Virus record (IMG/VR): IMGVR_UViG_3300044472_000055
Coordinates: 57,352 to 121,351 of that record
Origin: a virus
DNA length: 64,000 nt
Strand: one strand, 5' to 3'
Position numbers and translations under genes: made by a program. Positions 18,137 through 29,743 of the stretch are shown here, in pieces (position 1 is the first letter of the stretch; each line of letters opens with the position of its first letter). The notes below the pieces were generated by a model. The model was given only the letters and a program-made list of their open reading frames with translations. It made no database searches and was not told the origin of the DNA.

Positions 18137-21100
18137 CCGTCACGCTGCCCGTGTTTCGTGGCGACGCCGAGGGCGCCAACTGCATCGAGTGCCCATTCTC
18201 GATGGGTGGCTTGCCGCGTCAGCCGGTGTTCTCGGAGTTTCCCGAGAACCCGTTGTGGCTGCTGTGTGGCGAAGGCCCTGGGCGTACGGAGGTCATCACG
18301 AAGCGCCCATTCATGGGCCCGACGGGTCAAGTCGTTGCGCAGGTGTTGCACAAGATCGGGCGTCCTCGTCAGGAGCTAGGCATCCTCAACGCGACGCTCT
18401 GCATGCCGACGACGAACTCGACGGAAGCGGATCGCCACAAAGCCGCTGAATGCTGCAAGCCGCGCCTGCAACGCGAGCTGGCGATGTTTCCAGGCAAGCC
18501 GGTGTTGACCCTCGGTGCCGTTGCGGCCCGTACGATCATTCCCAAGGCAACGCTCGATGCAATCGATCCTCCCGAGGCTCCGAAGGAGGTCAAGAAGCAG
18601 CAGAAGCTCAAGCAGCAGCCGACGCGCAAGCGTGAGCTACAGAAGGCGAAAAAGATCGAAAAGCTCGCAGAGAAGCGGCTGAAGAAGATCCTGACCTATC
18701 GCAAAAAGCAGCTCGTCGCCGAGTACCGCAAGGTCCGCAAGAAGAAACCAGACCAGATATGGCTCGATCACGAGCTGGGCCGCAATCGAGCGCAGCTAGA
18801 GCTGAAGGCACGGCGTGATGCCGTGATGGAGTACGAAGTCTGGGTCAAAGAGGCCCAGTTTCGAAAGCTCGCGAAGGAGGCGCAGCAGGCCGCGAATCCG
18901 AAGCCGAAGAAAGCCAAGCCGATCAAGATCACGGACATCGTCGGTACGACGTTCAAGGTCGATGTCGACGGCTCTGGCGATCGCTGTGTCATTCCCGCGA
19001 TTCATCCGGCTGCGTTGCTCCGTGGTGGTGGCGCATCGATCGGTGGCTCGCACACGCCCGATCTTGCCTTCATCAACATCGTCTACGACGCAGTCAAGGT
19101 CGATGCGATCGGTCGTGGCAAAGACATCTGGCTCAATTTTCCTGTCGAGGTCGAGTGGCAGAACGCCGATCGAGCGGCACGACTCTTCGTCGAGATCGTT
19201 CACGAGGCGTTAGTAGAGGGCACCGCCGCGCTCGACTTGGAGACCTACGTCGACGATCCCGATCGTCACTCCGCCCTCATGGCGTACGTCGCGAAAATTC
19301 GCGCCATCGGCCTGTCGACGTCGACACGTGCGGTCTCGGTCTACTGGGATTTGTTGCCGCCATGGTGCCTCACGTATCTGCAGCTGCTTCTTTCGCGGGT
19401 GCGGCTCATCACGCACAACGGGCTCTACGATCGTACGGTGCTGCGCAACAAGCACTACGGGTTCATCATCCCGAGCGAGCTGATGGAAGATACGCTGCTC
19501 GCACACCACGCAGCCTTTCCTGGTAATGCGCACCGCCTGCAGGTCGTCACTTCACAACTCTACGCCGTCGAACCATGGAAGAGCGAGTTTCGTAACGCGG
19601 AGGAGACACCGGACAAACTCACCGTTTACAACGCGAAAGACACGTACTCGACATACAAGCTTCATACGCCGCTGGCAATCCACGTCAAGCGCAGCAAGAC
19701 CGAGGAGGTCTACGCGCTCGACAAAAAGATGGCCGAGATTGCCTGCAAGATGCACCTCGCGGGCATGCCGGTCGATCGCGAGATCAACTCGCACTTGCTC
19801 AACACGTTCAGCAAGAACGTCAAAGAAGCGCGGCGTGCGGTCGAGGACAAGGCGCACGATCCGAAGCTGCGTGAGCAGATTCAACACCACCTCGCGCTGC
19901 AGCAGGCGCAGAAGAAACGCAAGCTCGACCCCGAAGACTTCGAGGCCCGCTACAACGTTCGCCTCGGAATGATCCAACAGGATCCCGATTGGCGATGGAA
20001 GATTTCCGCCGGCAAGGACATCGCAGCGCTCCTACTCGCGATGGGCGTCGGCCTCTATCAGACGACCGAGTCGGGCTCGATCTCGACGAAGAAGGACGTC
20101 CTCGAATCGCTCGTTGACGTCCCCATCGTTCGCGAGATTCTCAACTTCCGCGAGAACGACAAGCTTCTTTCGACGTTCATCTGGCAGATCTTCGATCGCT
20201 TCGGGCCAAACGGCGACATCATCCAGTACGGCTACGCCGACGACGATGATCGTATTCACCCGATCTGGTCGGTGCACAAGATCACGGGTCGTTGGGCGTC
20301 CCGCTGGCCGGTGGTCTCGAACGTTCCGAAGGACAAGTGGAAAAAGCTCGTCATGGAGGCCGTCGCTCGCGAGATCGGCGTGCCGATTCCCGACAAGGGC
20401 ATCTTCACCGGCATCACCGGGCAGCAGTACCGCGTCAACAAGGATGGCTCGATCTCGAAGATGACGCGGCCGAACCTGCGTGCGCAGATTCGTGCTCGTC
20501 ACGGACGCATGCTCGTCGGGTTCGATTTTTCACAGCTCGAAGCGCGTGGCATTGCGCTCGTATCTGGCGATCCGTTCCTCCTCGATGTGTTCGCCTCGAA
20601 CCTCGACATTCACCGCGAATGTGCTCGCGTGATCTTCGCCGGGTTCGATCAGATGGACCCGGACAGCCAGAAGCAGGTCCGCGAGCAAACCAAGCCGATG
20701 GAGTACGGCGCCTTCTACGGTGGCTCTGTCGAGACGTTGCACAAGCAGATGCTGAAGGAAGGCTACAACGTCAAGCTCGTCGATGTCGCGAAGGCCGTCG
20801 AGACGTTGATGCGCAAGATGGCTGGCGTCGTGAAGTGGCAGCGCGACACGGTCGCGAAGGCTTCGCAGCCGCCCTACATGATCAAGGATCTGATTCTCGG
20901 CCGTACGCGCGTCTGGCCGATGGGCAACGTCGAGCCGTCGGAAGCCATGAACTTCGGCATCCAAGCGCTCGGTGCGTCGATCATGAATCAGGGCATGGCT
21001 CGCATGGATGAGCGCATCATCAAGTACCGGGAGGCATTTCCGATCGCGCAGATCCATGATGCTGCCGTGTTCGAGTGCTGGGAGGACGATGCCGAAGCCA

Positions 21101-21207
21101 TCGCGGCCGACATCAACGAGTGCTTCCCGCAGGAACGTGAGCGCGAAGGCCGCGTGATCAAGTTCCCTGTCGAGACCAAGATCGCGAAGAGCTGGGACAA
21201 GGTCTGA
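18133..21207 (+). CDS. family A DNA polymerase with N-terminal family-4 uracil-DNA glycosylase domain and 3'-5' exonuclease
   Basis: CIECP, GEGPG..E....PFMGPTG, NATLC, HPAALLR (UDG); DLET, HNGLYD, YNAKD (exo); TGRW, DFSQLEAR, K..EYG..YG, QIHDA (PolA). Confidence 0.92.
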   Translation: MTVTLPVFRGDAEGANCIECPFSMGGLPRQPVFSEFPENPLWLLCGEGPGRTEVITKRPFMGPTGQVVAQVLHKIGRPRQELGILNATLCMPTTNSTEADRHKAAECCKPRLQRELAMFPGKPVLTLGAVAARTIIPKATLDAIDPPEAPKEVKKQQKLKQQPTRKRELQKAKKIEKLAEKRLKKILTYRKKQLVAEYRKVRKKKPDQIWLDHELGRNRAQLELKARRDAVMEYEVWVKEAQFRKLAKEAQQAANPKPKKAKPIKITDIVGTTFKVDVDGSGDRCVIPAIHPAALLRGGGASIGGSHTPDLAFINIVYDAVKVDAIGRGKDIWLNFPVEVEWQNADRAARLFVEIVHEALVEGTAALDLETYVDDPDRHSALMAYVAKIRAIGLSTSTRAVSVYWDLLPPWCLTYLQLLLSRVRLITHNGLYDRTVLRNKHYGFIIPSELMEDTLLAHHAAFPGNAHRLQVVTSQLYAVEPWKSEFRNAEETPDKLTVYNAKDTYSTYKLHTPLAIHVKRSKTEEVYALDKKMAEIACKMHLAGMPVDREINSHLLNTFSKNVKEARRAVEDKAHDPKLREQIQHHLALQQAQKKRKLDPEDFEARYNVRLGMIQQDPDWRWKISAGKDIAALLLAMGVGLYQTTESGSISTKKDVLESLVDVPIVREILNFRENDKLLSTFIWQIFDRFGPNGDIIQYGYADDDDRIHPIWSVHKITGRWASRWPVVSNVPKDKWKKLVMEAVAREIGVPIPDKGIFTGITGQQYRVNKDGSISKMTRPNLRAQIRARHGRMLVGFDFSQLEARGIALVSGDPFLLDVFASNLDIHRECARVIFAGFDQMDPDSQKQVREQTKPMEYGAFYGGSVETLHKQMLKEGYNVKLVDVAKAVETLMRKMAGVVKWQRDTVAKASQPPYMIKDLILGRTRVWPMGNVEPSEAMNFGIQALGASIMNQGMARMDERIIKYREAFPIAQIHDAAVFECWEDDAEAIAADINECFPQEREREGRVIKFPVETKIAKSWDKV

Positions 21208-23733
21208 TGCCGATCTACTGGTGGTTTCGTCAGTTCGTGCTGAAGCGTGGCGTGTACGTCGAAGAGCCGATCGATCAATCGAGCAGCCTCTTCAGGCGCA
21301 TGCGCAAACCGCCGTGGCTAGACGTGAAGGCCTACGTCTTTATCAACACGGGTGAAAGAAAGACGTACCGTCTCATCACCGTAGGCGGAAAGACCAGGCT
21401 CGTCGAGCAGTAGCACGAGTGTCAGCCCCAGCGTTTAGAACCACTGCGTGACCACGGATCGCGAAACCGCGCTGGAGAACACGCTTCGGCTGTACCACAA
21501 CGCGCTTCTGAACATCTCGCGGCAGCGCGACTGCGATTACTGCGACATGCCGCGTGAGCAGCGGCCAACTCCATGCCCATGCCCGACGTGTGAGGCAAAG
21601 GCTGTACTCGAACAGGCCGTAGGCTGGCGCTACATCGGGGCGCATTTTGATCGCGTGGTGAACGGTTTCAATCCTCGCGAGACGCGTATGCATCTCGCAT
21701 GGAAGCAGGAAGCCGATGATCGTGTGCTAGGGCTGCTGCTCAACCCGGAGCCACCGACGGTGTCCTCTTTCAATCGAGGCCACTACGTCATTCCGACGGT
21801 GCGCGATTGGTACGTCGCGACCACTGTCGTGCAGTGGCTCGCCACCAACGTCGGCATGGGCGTGCTCGAAGCCGCCGGGTTCAAGTATCAGCACTGGGAC
21901 GAGGATCGAAAAACGCTCGAAGAGAAGCGCAAGGAGCAGACACCGTGAACAAGAAGAAAAAGAGGCGTGGTGTCCCCACGAAAACGACGTCGCCGACAGA
22001 ATCGCCGACAGAATTGACCACGTTTCTCGCTGGCGGGCCTACGTTGCGCATCGTCATCGAAAAGGATCCGTTTCCGTCGCAATTCGGCTCACCAAATATC
22101 GTGAAGTACCTCGTGGACGACAAGCAGGTCAGCGGAGAAGTGTACGGACTCGTTGTCGCTACGTGGCATGCGCGTGCGATGGAGAGGCTGGTAGGGCTGT
22201 GAGTCATCCCCTCTGTCGTCCACCAAAAGGCGTCGGCAAGCCTGATGGCGCCAAGTACGGCGACGACAAGCCGTTCCGTCTCGGTGACGACGGCAGGTGG
22301 CGCCCCGACAACGGAGTCGCTGCACGCGCATTCCTCGGCAAGCTCGATGGCGAGAACGTCGCCTTCATTGCCGATTGTAGGTGCCCCTACACCAACGGCT
22401 GTCCTCTCGGGCTCGCGCTCACCAAAGCAGACGATCTCGGTATCTCGGCAACGATGGTGCATCGGCGTACGCCTATCGGCATCGGCACGATCGCGTCGCG
22501 TGGGGCGACACGGAAGGTGCTGAAGCGCAAGAAGAAGCGATGAAGCCTTCTCTCCTGTTGTTAGCCATCGCTTCGATAGAGGCCGCGTCTGCGCTGCGTA
22601 ATGACATCGATTCGTTTCTCATCGAGATGCAAGGGATGCGTAAGCGTCTCGGGCGCCGTGGGCGATGGGTCATTGTCTACACGATCGAGGATGGTTCGGT
22701 TCGAGGCGTACGGTGTCGACGAAAGTCCAAAGCACGTGCGATTGCGCGCGAGCTGAAGGGAAAGGTTCGTCGGTGGCGCTCGCGTGATTGGGGCTTTGCA
22801 GTGGAGGACTACTCGTGAACATCGATCCAGCACAATGGAAGCTCTTCGAGCAGGCGTATCAAATCGGGCAACAGGTCGCCGACATGGTGAAGAACCATAA
22901 GGCGGACGCAGCTCTCCTCGGTTTGCTTGCCGCCACGGCCATGCTTCGCCGCAAGACGTCATTCACCATCGACGATGTCTTGCAGCGCATGCGTTCGATC
23001 GATTCGGTCGTCGACTTGCTCAAGATGATGGCGCCGCAGAAAGCGCCAACCGATGGCTGAGGTTACGCAGTTCGAAAGTCACCTTGAATTCGTGTGCCCG
23101 TTCTGTGGCGGCATGTTGATGGCGGGCTACGTGCAGCCCGTCAACCTGCCGACGGTGATCCACTCGGATCCGATGTGCAAAGAGTTTGAAGAGATCGACG
23201 ACCCTACCGACTTCTTGAAGAAGAGCCGCAAGAAGATGGGCATCCCGGACGCGCCCGACGAGAACAACTGATGCTGATCACCGTCGACTTGTTGAAGCTG
23301 ATCTTCCTGGGCCTTCTTATCCCGCTCGTTGTTGCGCTGAAGATCGAAAGCTGGCTGTTCAATCGACGTCTTCAGCAGAGAAAAAACCATGAAGAAGAAA
23401 AAGCTCAAGAGGCTGCTCGCAGAGACTGAAGGCAAGCTGGCGATTCAGACCACGGAAGTCACGCACCTCAATGAAGATTTGAACTACACGCGAGCGCAGG
23501 TGCGCAAGCTTGAAGTGGACGCCGAACATCTTCGTAAGGCGTGTGCTGACACTAGGAGCATCGAATGGACCCTGAAAGGCACTGAACAACGCCTCCAAGC
23601 GATGACGGCTGATCGCGACAACTGGCGCAAGGAAGCTGAACTGCATCAAACCAACAGCACTCGGCTTCAGCAAGAGATCGATCGTCTCACCCAAGAGATC
23701 AATCGGCTCACGTACGAAATGCGTGCACGATGA
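21207..23733 (+). other. run of small hypothetical CDSs (21207-21413, 21448-21948, 21945-22202, 22199-22543, 22540-22818, 22815-23060, 23053-23271, 23389-23733)
   Basis: mostly 4-nt overlapped start/stop junctions; promoter motif at 21421-21441. Confidence 0.55.
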
Positions 23734-24245
23734 GAATCACGATCATCACGGGCGGACAGACAGGTGTCGATCGTGGCGCGTTTCGTGGCGCCATCGATTC
23801 TGGTCTCGATGTTGGCGGCTACATGCCGAAGAATCGTCGTGACGAGCTTGGGCTTATCCCATTCAGCGTACGATCGAAGCTTGTCGAGTGCCCTGTCGAC
23901 GGACTGTCTGCGCGCACGACAGCGAATGTCGAGATGGCGCAGGCGCTGCTGATCGTTGCCGAAGACAGAGAGCAACCATTCGTTACGCCAGGCACACGCC
24001 ACACATGGGAGATGGCGCTCAAACGCAAGCTTCCATGGGTAGCAGTTGATGCAATGAACCCGCGCGCCGTATTCGAATGGCTAGCGCGACATCTTGTCCC
24101 CCACGTCAAGATGACTCGTGAAGGCCCGAAGCTTGCGATCATGGTTGCTGGGCCTCGTGCATCGCATTGGACGCGAGGCGAAAGCGTGGCAGCAGAGGCC
24201 GTGTACGACCTCGGGCATCGAGTTTCTTACTACAAGGACGCGTGA
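23730..24245 (+). CDS. SLOG superfamily (putative Mo-carrier-like) protein
   Basis: IITGGQTGVDRGA...GGYMPK...ART.ANV...GTRHT...MVAGPRAS. Confidence 0.8.
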   Translation: MRITIITGGQTGVDRGAFRGAIDSGLDVGGYMPKNRRDELGLIPFSVRSKLVECPVDGLSARTTANVEMAQALLIVAEDREQPFVTPGTRHTWEMALKRKLPWVAVDAMNPRAVFEWLARHLVPHVKMTREGPKLAIMVAGPRASHWTRGESVAAEAVYDLGHRVSYYKDA

Positions 24246-26053
24246 ACGTGCAGCTCACCCCGGAACAGCGGCGCATCAAGGATGCGGTTGCCTCGACAAA
24301 CGATCACCTCGTCATCGATGCGAAGGCGGGCTCGGGCAAGACGACGGCGCTCATCATGGCGCTCGAAGTCATCCCCGCTGTGAGCACGCTCGTGCTCGCG
24401 TTCAACAAGCGCATCGCTATCGAGATGGAAGAGAAGCTGCCACCGATTCCACCGGGGCGGGCCGTCGTCGTCAAGACGCTGCACTCCATCGGCTTGGCCA
24501 CGCTGCGCTATCACTTCCCGCACCTCGCCGTCGACGACAACGCGAGCGAAGATCTCATCACAGAGGCCAGCCAGAAGCTCATCACCGAGCGCAAGGTCGG
24601 AACGCTCACGATGAAGATGCGCAAGAGCGCTGTGCGTCTTCTGGAAACGCTCAAGGAAACCATCACCGATGCAGAGCCGTCTACCGAGCTGATTCTCAGG
24701 ACTGCAGTCGACTTCGACTGCTTCGGTGGGCTCGATCAGACAGAAAGTGTGTTCGTCGTCGATGTTGTGAAGCTCGCGTACACGAACAGCCTCATGTTCA
24801 AGCGGCGCAGGACGATCGCCTACAGCGACATGGTCTGGGGGCCTGTTGCGGCACAGCTCGCTCCGCGCGGTCGCTTCAAAGCCGTGTGCGTCGACGAAGC
24901 GCAAGACGTGTCTGCGCCGCAATTCGCCCTCGTTCAAAAGCTTGTCGCACCCAGCGGACGGCTCATCCTCGTTGGTGACCCGTTGCAGGGCATCTACGCG
25001 TGGCGTGGCGCCGCAGGGCACGTCGTGTGGGAGGTGATGGCCTCGACGTACAAGGCCATCAACCTGCCGCTGACTGTGACATGGCGTTGCCCGAAGGCAG
25101 TTGTCGCCGAAGCCAACAAGGTTTTCATCGCGATGGGAATTCGCGATCGGCTGCACGCACGGCCAGACGCCCCCGAGGGTGCGGTACGCCCACTTCACTT
25201 CGAGAAACTCGCGGCGGAATTGCGTGGCGTGCGGCAATCGACGTTCGTACTCTCACGCACCAACCAGGGGCTGCTTCGCGTGGCGCTGGAGTTGTGGAAG
25301 CTCGGCGTCCGCTTCTCGCTCAACGGTGGCGGCGAGGTCATCAACCCGTTGTTTTGGACGCTCGAAAAACTCGACATGTCGAGCATCGATGCGTTCAAAG
25401 CGAGCGCGGAGCGTTGGCACAAGCAAGAGCAGGCGCGTGCGGAGCTGGCGCAGTCGAGCGCATGGTCAGATCGTGCGGAGCAGCAATACAGCATGCTCCT
25501 CGTCGCACTCGACTACGCGGGGCAACCGACCAGGATCGCGAAGCTGCTGCGTGACGTCCTCGGTATCGAGCGCAAGACCAACATCACACTGTCGAGCGTG
25601 CACAAGGTCAAAGGCCTTGAAGCGGATCGCGTCTACCTCATCAAAGAGACGTTTCATCGGCATCGGAAGCCCAAGCCCGAATGGAAGGACTGGCGTCCGC
25701 CGATTCCGCCTGAAGAGCTGCACATCGAGTACGTCGCCATCACGCGCGCGAAGGACACGTTGACGTGGGTCGAGCTGCCCGAGAACGCGCTCACCAAGAT
25801 CATCCGGCAACGGATGAACGATCGTGACGAACTGCTCGCCATGGATCCGCAGGGTCAACCCGACGAAGATCCGGCTGAACATCCCGACGAAGATGGGTTC
25901 GAGGGGGCGCGGCTTCTTGCCGAAGAAATCTATGGCCCTGGAACGACGATCGACTTCGTCGGCCGCGTCCATCAGCCCGGTGAGGACAACACGTCCCGTA
26001 TCGTTGACCCCCTGAAAGACCTCCAGCGCATGAATGTCACCCGCATGAAGTAG
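24242..26053 (+). CDS. UvrD/Rep-like SF1 helicase
   Basis: AKAGSGKTT, LAFNK, TLHS, VDEAQD, VGDPLQGIY.WRGA, TWRCP, SVHKVKGLEAD, YVAITRAK. Confidence 0.92.
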   Translation: MNVQLTPEQRRIKDAVASTNDHLVIDAKAGSGKTTALIMALEVIPAVSTLVLAFNKRIAIEMEEKLPPIPPGRAVVVKTLHSIGLATLRYHFPHLAVDDNASEDLITEASQKLITERKVGTLTMKMRKSAVRLLETLKETITDAEPSTELILRTAVDFDCFGGLDQTESVFVVDVVKLAYTNSLMFKRRRTIAYSDMVWGPVAAQLAPRGRFKAVCVDEAQDVSAPQFALVQKLVAPSGRLILVGDPLQGIYAWRGAAGHVVWEVMASTYKAINLPLTVTWRCPKAVVAEANKVFIAMGIRDRLHARPDAPEGAVRPLHFEKLAAELRGVRQSTFVLSRTNQGLLRVALELWKLGVRFSLNGGGEVINPLFWTLEKLDMSSIDAFKASAERWHKQEQARAELAQSSAWSDRAEQQYSMLLVALDYAGQPTRIAKLLRDVLGIERKTNITLSSVHKVKGLEADRVYLIKETFHRHRKPKPEWKDWRPPIPPEELHIEYVAITRAKDTLTWVELPENALTKIIRQRMNDRDELLAMDPQGQPDEDPAEHPDEDGFEGARLLAEEIYGPGTTIDFVGRVHQPGEDNTSRIVDPLKDLQRMNVTRMK

Positions 26054-26067
26054 AACTATGGCCGAAG

Positions 26068-26972
26068 ATGTCCGACGACGTACACGACTCGCGCTACGAG
26101 CAACTCGTCGCCCGCTACAACGCGGTGGTTTCCGAGCGCGATCGCCTCGTCACGGCGCTCGATGGGGCTAATGCCGCAAACGCTCGTCTTGAAGAGGCTC
26201 TGCGGATGGCCCGCGCCCCAACAGAGACACCGGGCCTGCTGTGTGACGGGCGTTGTGGGCGCGCCATCGTCGGTGAATCCGAGCAAGCCATCCGGGCACA
26301 TGCCGTCACCCTCGGGTGGAAGGGCGATTCTTGCCCCGAATGTAACGCTCGATCGAAGTAAATGCCACCCAATGACATCAAGGTGTACGGTACGCTGATC
26401 GAATTCAGTCCCTACCGTCCTCGACGTGAACATGTGAAAGACCTCTCGTTCATTCTGCCGGTTCTCGACCATCACTGGATGGGCTTGACGGTGCGCCCGT
26501 CGTTGACGGGCAACGTAGTCACGCGTGTCTCGAAGCACCTCGTGGTGGATGCAGAGACCAAAGAGGTCGCGTATGTGTGGTGGCAGGTCGAGTTGGGACA
26601 CGTGCCGTGGAACATTCGGCCTACGCATCCCGTCGACGCATGGCTGCTCGAAGTAGCGACGAGGCACTCATGACAAGTTTTTGCCCGCACTGCATGAAGA
26701 CAGATCATGTGTTCGCGCTGAAGGGCGAGAGCGAAGGCTCGCTTCAGTGTTCGCAGTGCTTGCTCGTGTTTAGGCCAGACGACGGCATCCGTGTGTTCTC
26801 CGATCTTGATGTTCGTCAGCCTCCGATGACGAAGGTCGAATTTCCGCTCGTGTATGTGCAACTCGTTAGCACCGATGGCGACAACATCACGATGACACGG
26901 GGCCTGACCGACGCAGAGGCGCTCAAGTTCGCAGGCGAATTGATCGAAACCGTGCGGAGGCATCAGCGATGA
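26068..26972 (+). other. three small hypothetical CDSs (26068-26361, 26362-26673, 26670-26972), two with CxxC motifs
   Basis: abutting ORFs. Confidence 0.5.
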
Positions 26973-27066
26973 GCAAGCGGGCATGGAATGCCGGCGACGT
27001 TGCCATCATTGTGGCGTGCCTTGCGACGATCACGATCTGGATTCTGCTCGCCTTCGGTGATCGTCG

Positions 27067-27897
27067 ATGAAGCCGCCGCTGAAATGGGTCGGCGGGAAGG
27101 GCAAGCTGCTTCCCGAGCTACGTAAGCGTATGCCCGAGAAGATCGGTCGCTACTTCGAGCCGTTCTTCGGTGGCGGTGCGTTGTTCTTCGACGCGTTGCC
27201 GCAGGTCGCGTCGATCAACGACATCAACGCGGATCTCGTGAACGTGTATCGACAGCTGGTGGATCAGCTCGACGACGTTCTGTGGTTACTCGGCGAACAC
27301 AAGAAGTGTCACGTCGATCCTGGCTTCTACGATCTGATGCGTGCCCGTTTCAACGAGAACGATTTTCACGGCTCGCCCAAAAAGATTCTGGCGTGTCGTG
27401 CGGCCGCGTTCATCTACCTCAACAAGACCTGCTTCAACGGGCTCTATCGCGTCAACCTCGACGGCAAATTCAACGTGCCGAAGGGCAAGTACAAGAACCC
27501 GGCGATCTGCAACGAGAAGGCTCTTCGAGCGGCATCCGAGGCCCTGGTCGGCGCGCAGCTGACGGGCTCTTCGTTCGAAGAGTCATCGTGCTACGCGACA
27601 CGCGGAGACTTCGTCTACTTCGATCCGCCGTATGTGCCGGTGAGCAGGACGAGCAGCTTCACAAGCTACACCGATGGCGGCTTCGGCATCACCGAGCAAC
27701 ATCTGCTCGCCGACCACGCACGCACGCTCAAGCGGCGTGGCGTCAAAGTCATGCTCTCGAACAGCGACACGCAGATCGTTCGCGAGCTGTACCAGGACGA
27801 CTTCGTCATCGAGACGGTGATGGCCGGTCGCGCGATCAACAGCAAGGCAACCGCACGCGGCAAGGTCCGCGAGGTCATCATCAGGAGCTATTCATGA
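27067..27897 (+). CDS. dam: Dam-family DNA adenine methyltransferase
   Basis: LKWVGGK, YFEPFFGGGA, NDIN, FNGLYRVN..G.FNVP.G, DPPY, MLSNS. Confidence 0.92.
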   Translation: MKPPLKWVGGKGKLLPELRKRMPEKIGRYFEPFFGGGALFFDALPQVASINDINADLVNVYRQLVDQLDDVLWLLGEHKKCHVDPGFYDLMRARFNENDFHGSPKKILACRAAAFIYLNKTCFNGLYRVNLDGKFNVPKGKYKNPAICNEKALRAASEALVGAQLTGSSFEESSCYATRGDFVYFDPPYVPVSRTSSFTSYTDGGFGITEQHLLADHARTLKRRGVKVMLSNSDTQIVRELYQDDFVIETVMAGRAINSKATARGKVREVIIRSYS

Positions 27898-28387
27898 GGG
27901 ATGCGAGAGGAAAGCTGAAGGCGCTAGCGACTGGACTTGCGACGGGATCCTTTGTGCTTATGGTGCTCGGGGTTCTTTGGCTCATCGTCAACGCTGACTA
28001 TCAATGGCGTGAACATGCCGCTGAACATGCTCTCGGAGCTGGCGCGGTTTGCGGCGAACACGATGATGGCGTCATGCAATGCGTTCGTTTGGGGACGCTC
28101 CACGTCTGTGTAGTGTCCGCCGACGATCGCGCGCCTCGTGTCGCGTGCGCAGAGGTATCGAAGTGAAAGTCTGGACGCTGTGGCATTGTGGCGATGACAG
28201 TGATGCACCGTGGATCGTTGATGCAGTCGACGAGTACACGCTCGAAAATCACGGTGACTTTCCGCCGCAATACGAGACGTACCGAAAAGATCCGCTCATT
28301 CGTGAGCTGATCATCGATGTTCCCGAGGACAAAGTGCGCGCCCTCTTCGAGGCGCCCGCTGTTCAAGCCACGGTGGTTGAAAAATGA
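27894..28387 (+). other. two small hypothetical CDSs (27894-28166 with a TM segment; 28163-28387)
   Basis: coupled ORFs. Confidence 0.5.
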
Positions 28388-28662
28388 CTCGTCTCGGCGT
28401 CTACAAACATTACAGCGGCAGCCGCTATCGCGTTCTGTTCGTGACGATCAATTCGACGAACGGTCCTGACGACGGCAAGACGATGGTTAACTACATCGCG
28501 CTCTACGGTGACGGCACGATGTGGACTCGTGATGAGAAACAATTTCATGAACAGTTGTTCGTGAACTTGACGACAGGCGTCGCTCAATCCGAAGAGCCTG
28601 ATTTCAGATTCACCAACGACGTGTTTCGCACGGTCACCCGTTTTACATACGAGGGCCCGTGA
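28384..28662 (+). CDS. DUF1653 family protein
   Basis: GVYKHYSG..YRVL...V.YIALYGDG.MWTR...F....RF. Confidence 0.8.
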   Translation: MTRLGVYKHYSGSRYRVLFVTINSTNGPDDGKTMVNYIALYGDGTMWTRDEKQFHEQLFVNLTTGVAQSEEPDFRFTNDVFRTVTRFTYEGP

Positions 28663-28854
28663 TCTTCGCGCTTGTGTTGATGTGCCTGTGGGCGGGTGGC
28701 GCGACGGTGGCTGCGTACAACTGGCACCACACGTGCCTGATGTGGCAAGCCAACTCTGAGGGCTGGAAGAAGCTCGCCGAAGATAACGCGAAGCTATGCA
28801 CAGACGTGCTCATCGCCGCACGTCGCTTCAAGGCGATGGCCGAAGGGAAAAAAG

Positions 28855-29283
28855 ATGTTCGAGATTGGCAGTGACAAGTGGCCGGGCATCTCCAAGCTCA
28901 TCGAAGAGAGTGGAGAGGTGCTGCAGGTGTGCGGCAAGCTCATGGGTGCGCAGGGCGAGATCATGCATTGGGACGGCACGAATCTTCGTGAGCGCCTGAT
29001 GGAAGAGCTGGGGGACGTGATCGCAGCCGCGCAGTTCGTGACCGCGTATTGCGATCTCGATCCGGTCTTCATCAGCGAACGCGCCGACGCGAAGCTCGCG
29101 TTGTTCGAGCAGTGGCATCGTGAACAAACGCGGCCCCCTAAGGCGCCCGTCGTGCCAAAAACGGTGCAATGCAGTGTGTGCCATGGCAGCGGGCAAGCCG
29201 TTGCGCCCATCAGTCGGTACGGCGCGCCCTCGCGTTGCTATCAGTGCGGCGGACGTGGATACGAGACGACGAATGCAACGTAA
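28855..29283 (+). CDS. MazG-like NTP pyrophosphatase domain with DnaJ-type Zn finger
   Basis: KLIEESGEVLQ...LMEELGDV; CSVCHGSG, CYQCGGRG. Confidence 0.7.
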   Translation: MFEIGSDKWPGISKLIEESGEVLQVCGKLMGAQGEIMHWDGTNLRERLMEELGDVIAAAQFVTAYCDLDPVFISERADAKLALFEQWHREQTRPPKAPVVPKTVQCSVCHGSGQAVAPISRYGAPSRCYQCGGRGYETTNAT

Positions 29284-29743
29284 GATCGATCCATCGCTGC
29301 TCTGGCTCGTCGCGATCAAAGACAAGGAGATGGCGAACGAGCCGCACATTGCCTTCGCGGTCATCGAAGCGCTGACAAGCGACGCCGCCATCAAGGCGAT
29401 GGATCCGGCGATCGAAGAGCTGCGCAAAGCAAACCGCTGCCGCTGCGTGCCTGTTCTGATCGGTACGGAGCATGCTCCGTTTCAGATCAACCGCGTCTAT
29501 TCGTGGCACTGGATCGACAAGAGCGGCCCATTCGTCTTCGATACGAAGACGGACTTGAAGGCCTGCCAGCATCTAAGCGTGCATCAAGGTAAGAACGCGC
29601 CTCGTCGCTACGGCTCGTATCGCACCGAAGTTTGCAACGACTGCGGGATGTTTCGCCTCACCGGGCACAACCCACGGAAGCCGATGAGCGGATGGAAGCC
29701 TGCGAGCGAATACGCGGCCGCGATTTCAGAGGACGATGACTGA
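29273..29743 (+). CDS. hypothetical protein
   Basis: 156-aa ORF coupled to neighbours. Confidence 0.5.
   Translation: MQRKIDPSLLWLVAIKDKEMANEPHIAFAVIEALTSDAAIKAMDPAIEELRKANRCRCVPVLIGTEHAPFQINRVYSWHWIDKSGPFVFDTKTDLKACQHLSVHQGKNAPRRYGSYRTEVCNDCGMFRLTGHNPRKPMSGWKPASEYAAAISEDDD

Noticed and set aside
18133-21207. Intein or intron in the polymerase
   Set aside because: ORF is continuous and the insertions lack splice-junction residues or LAGLIDADG motifs.
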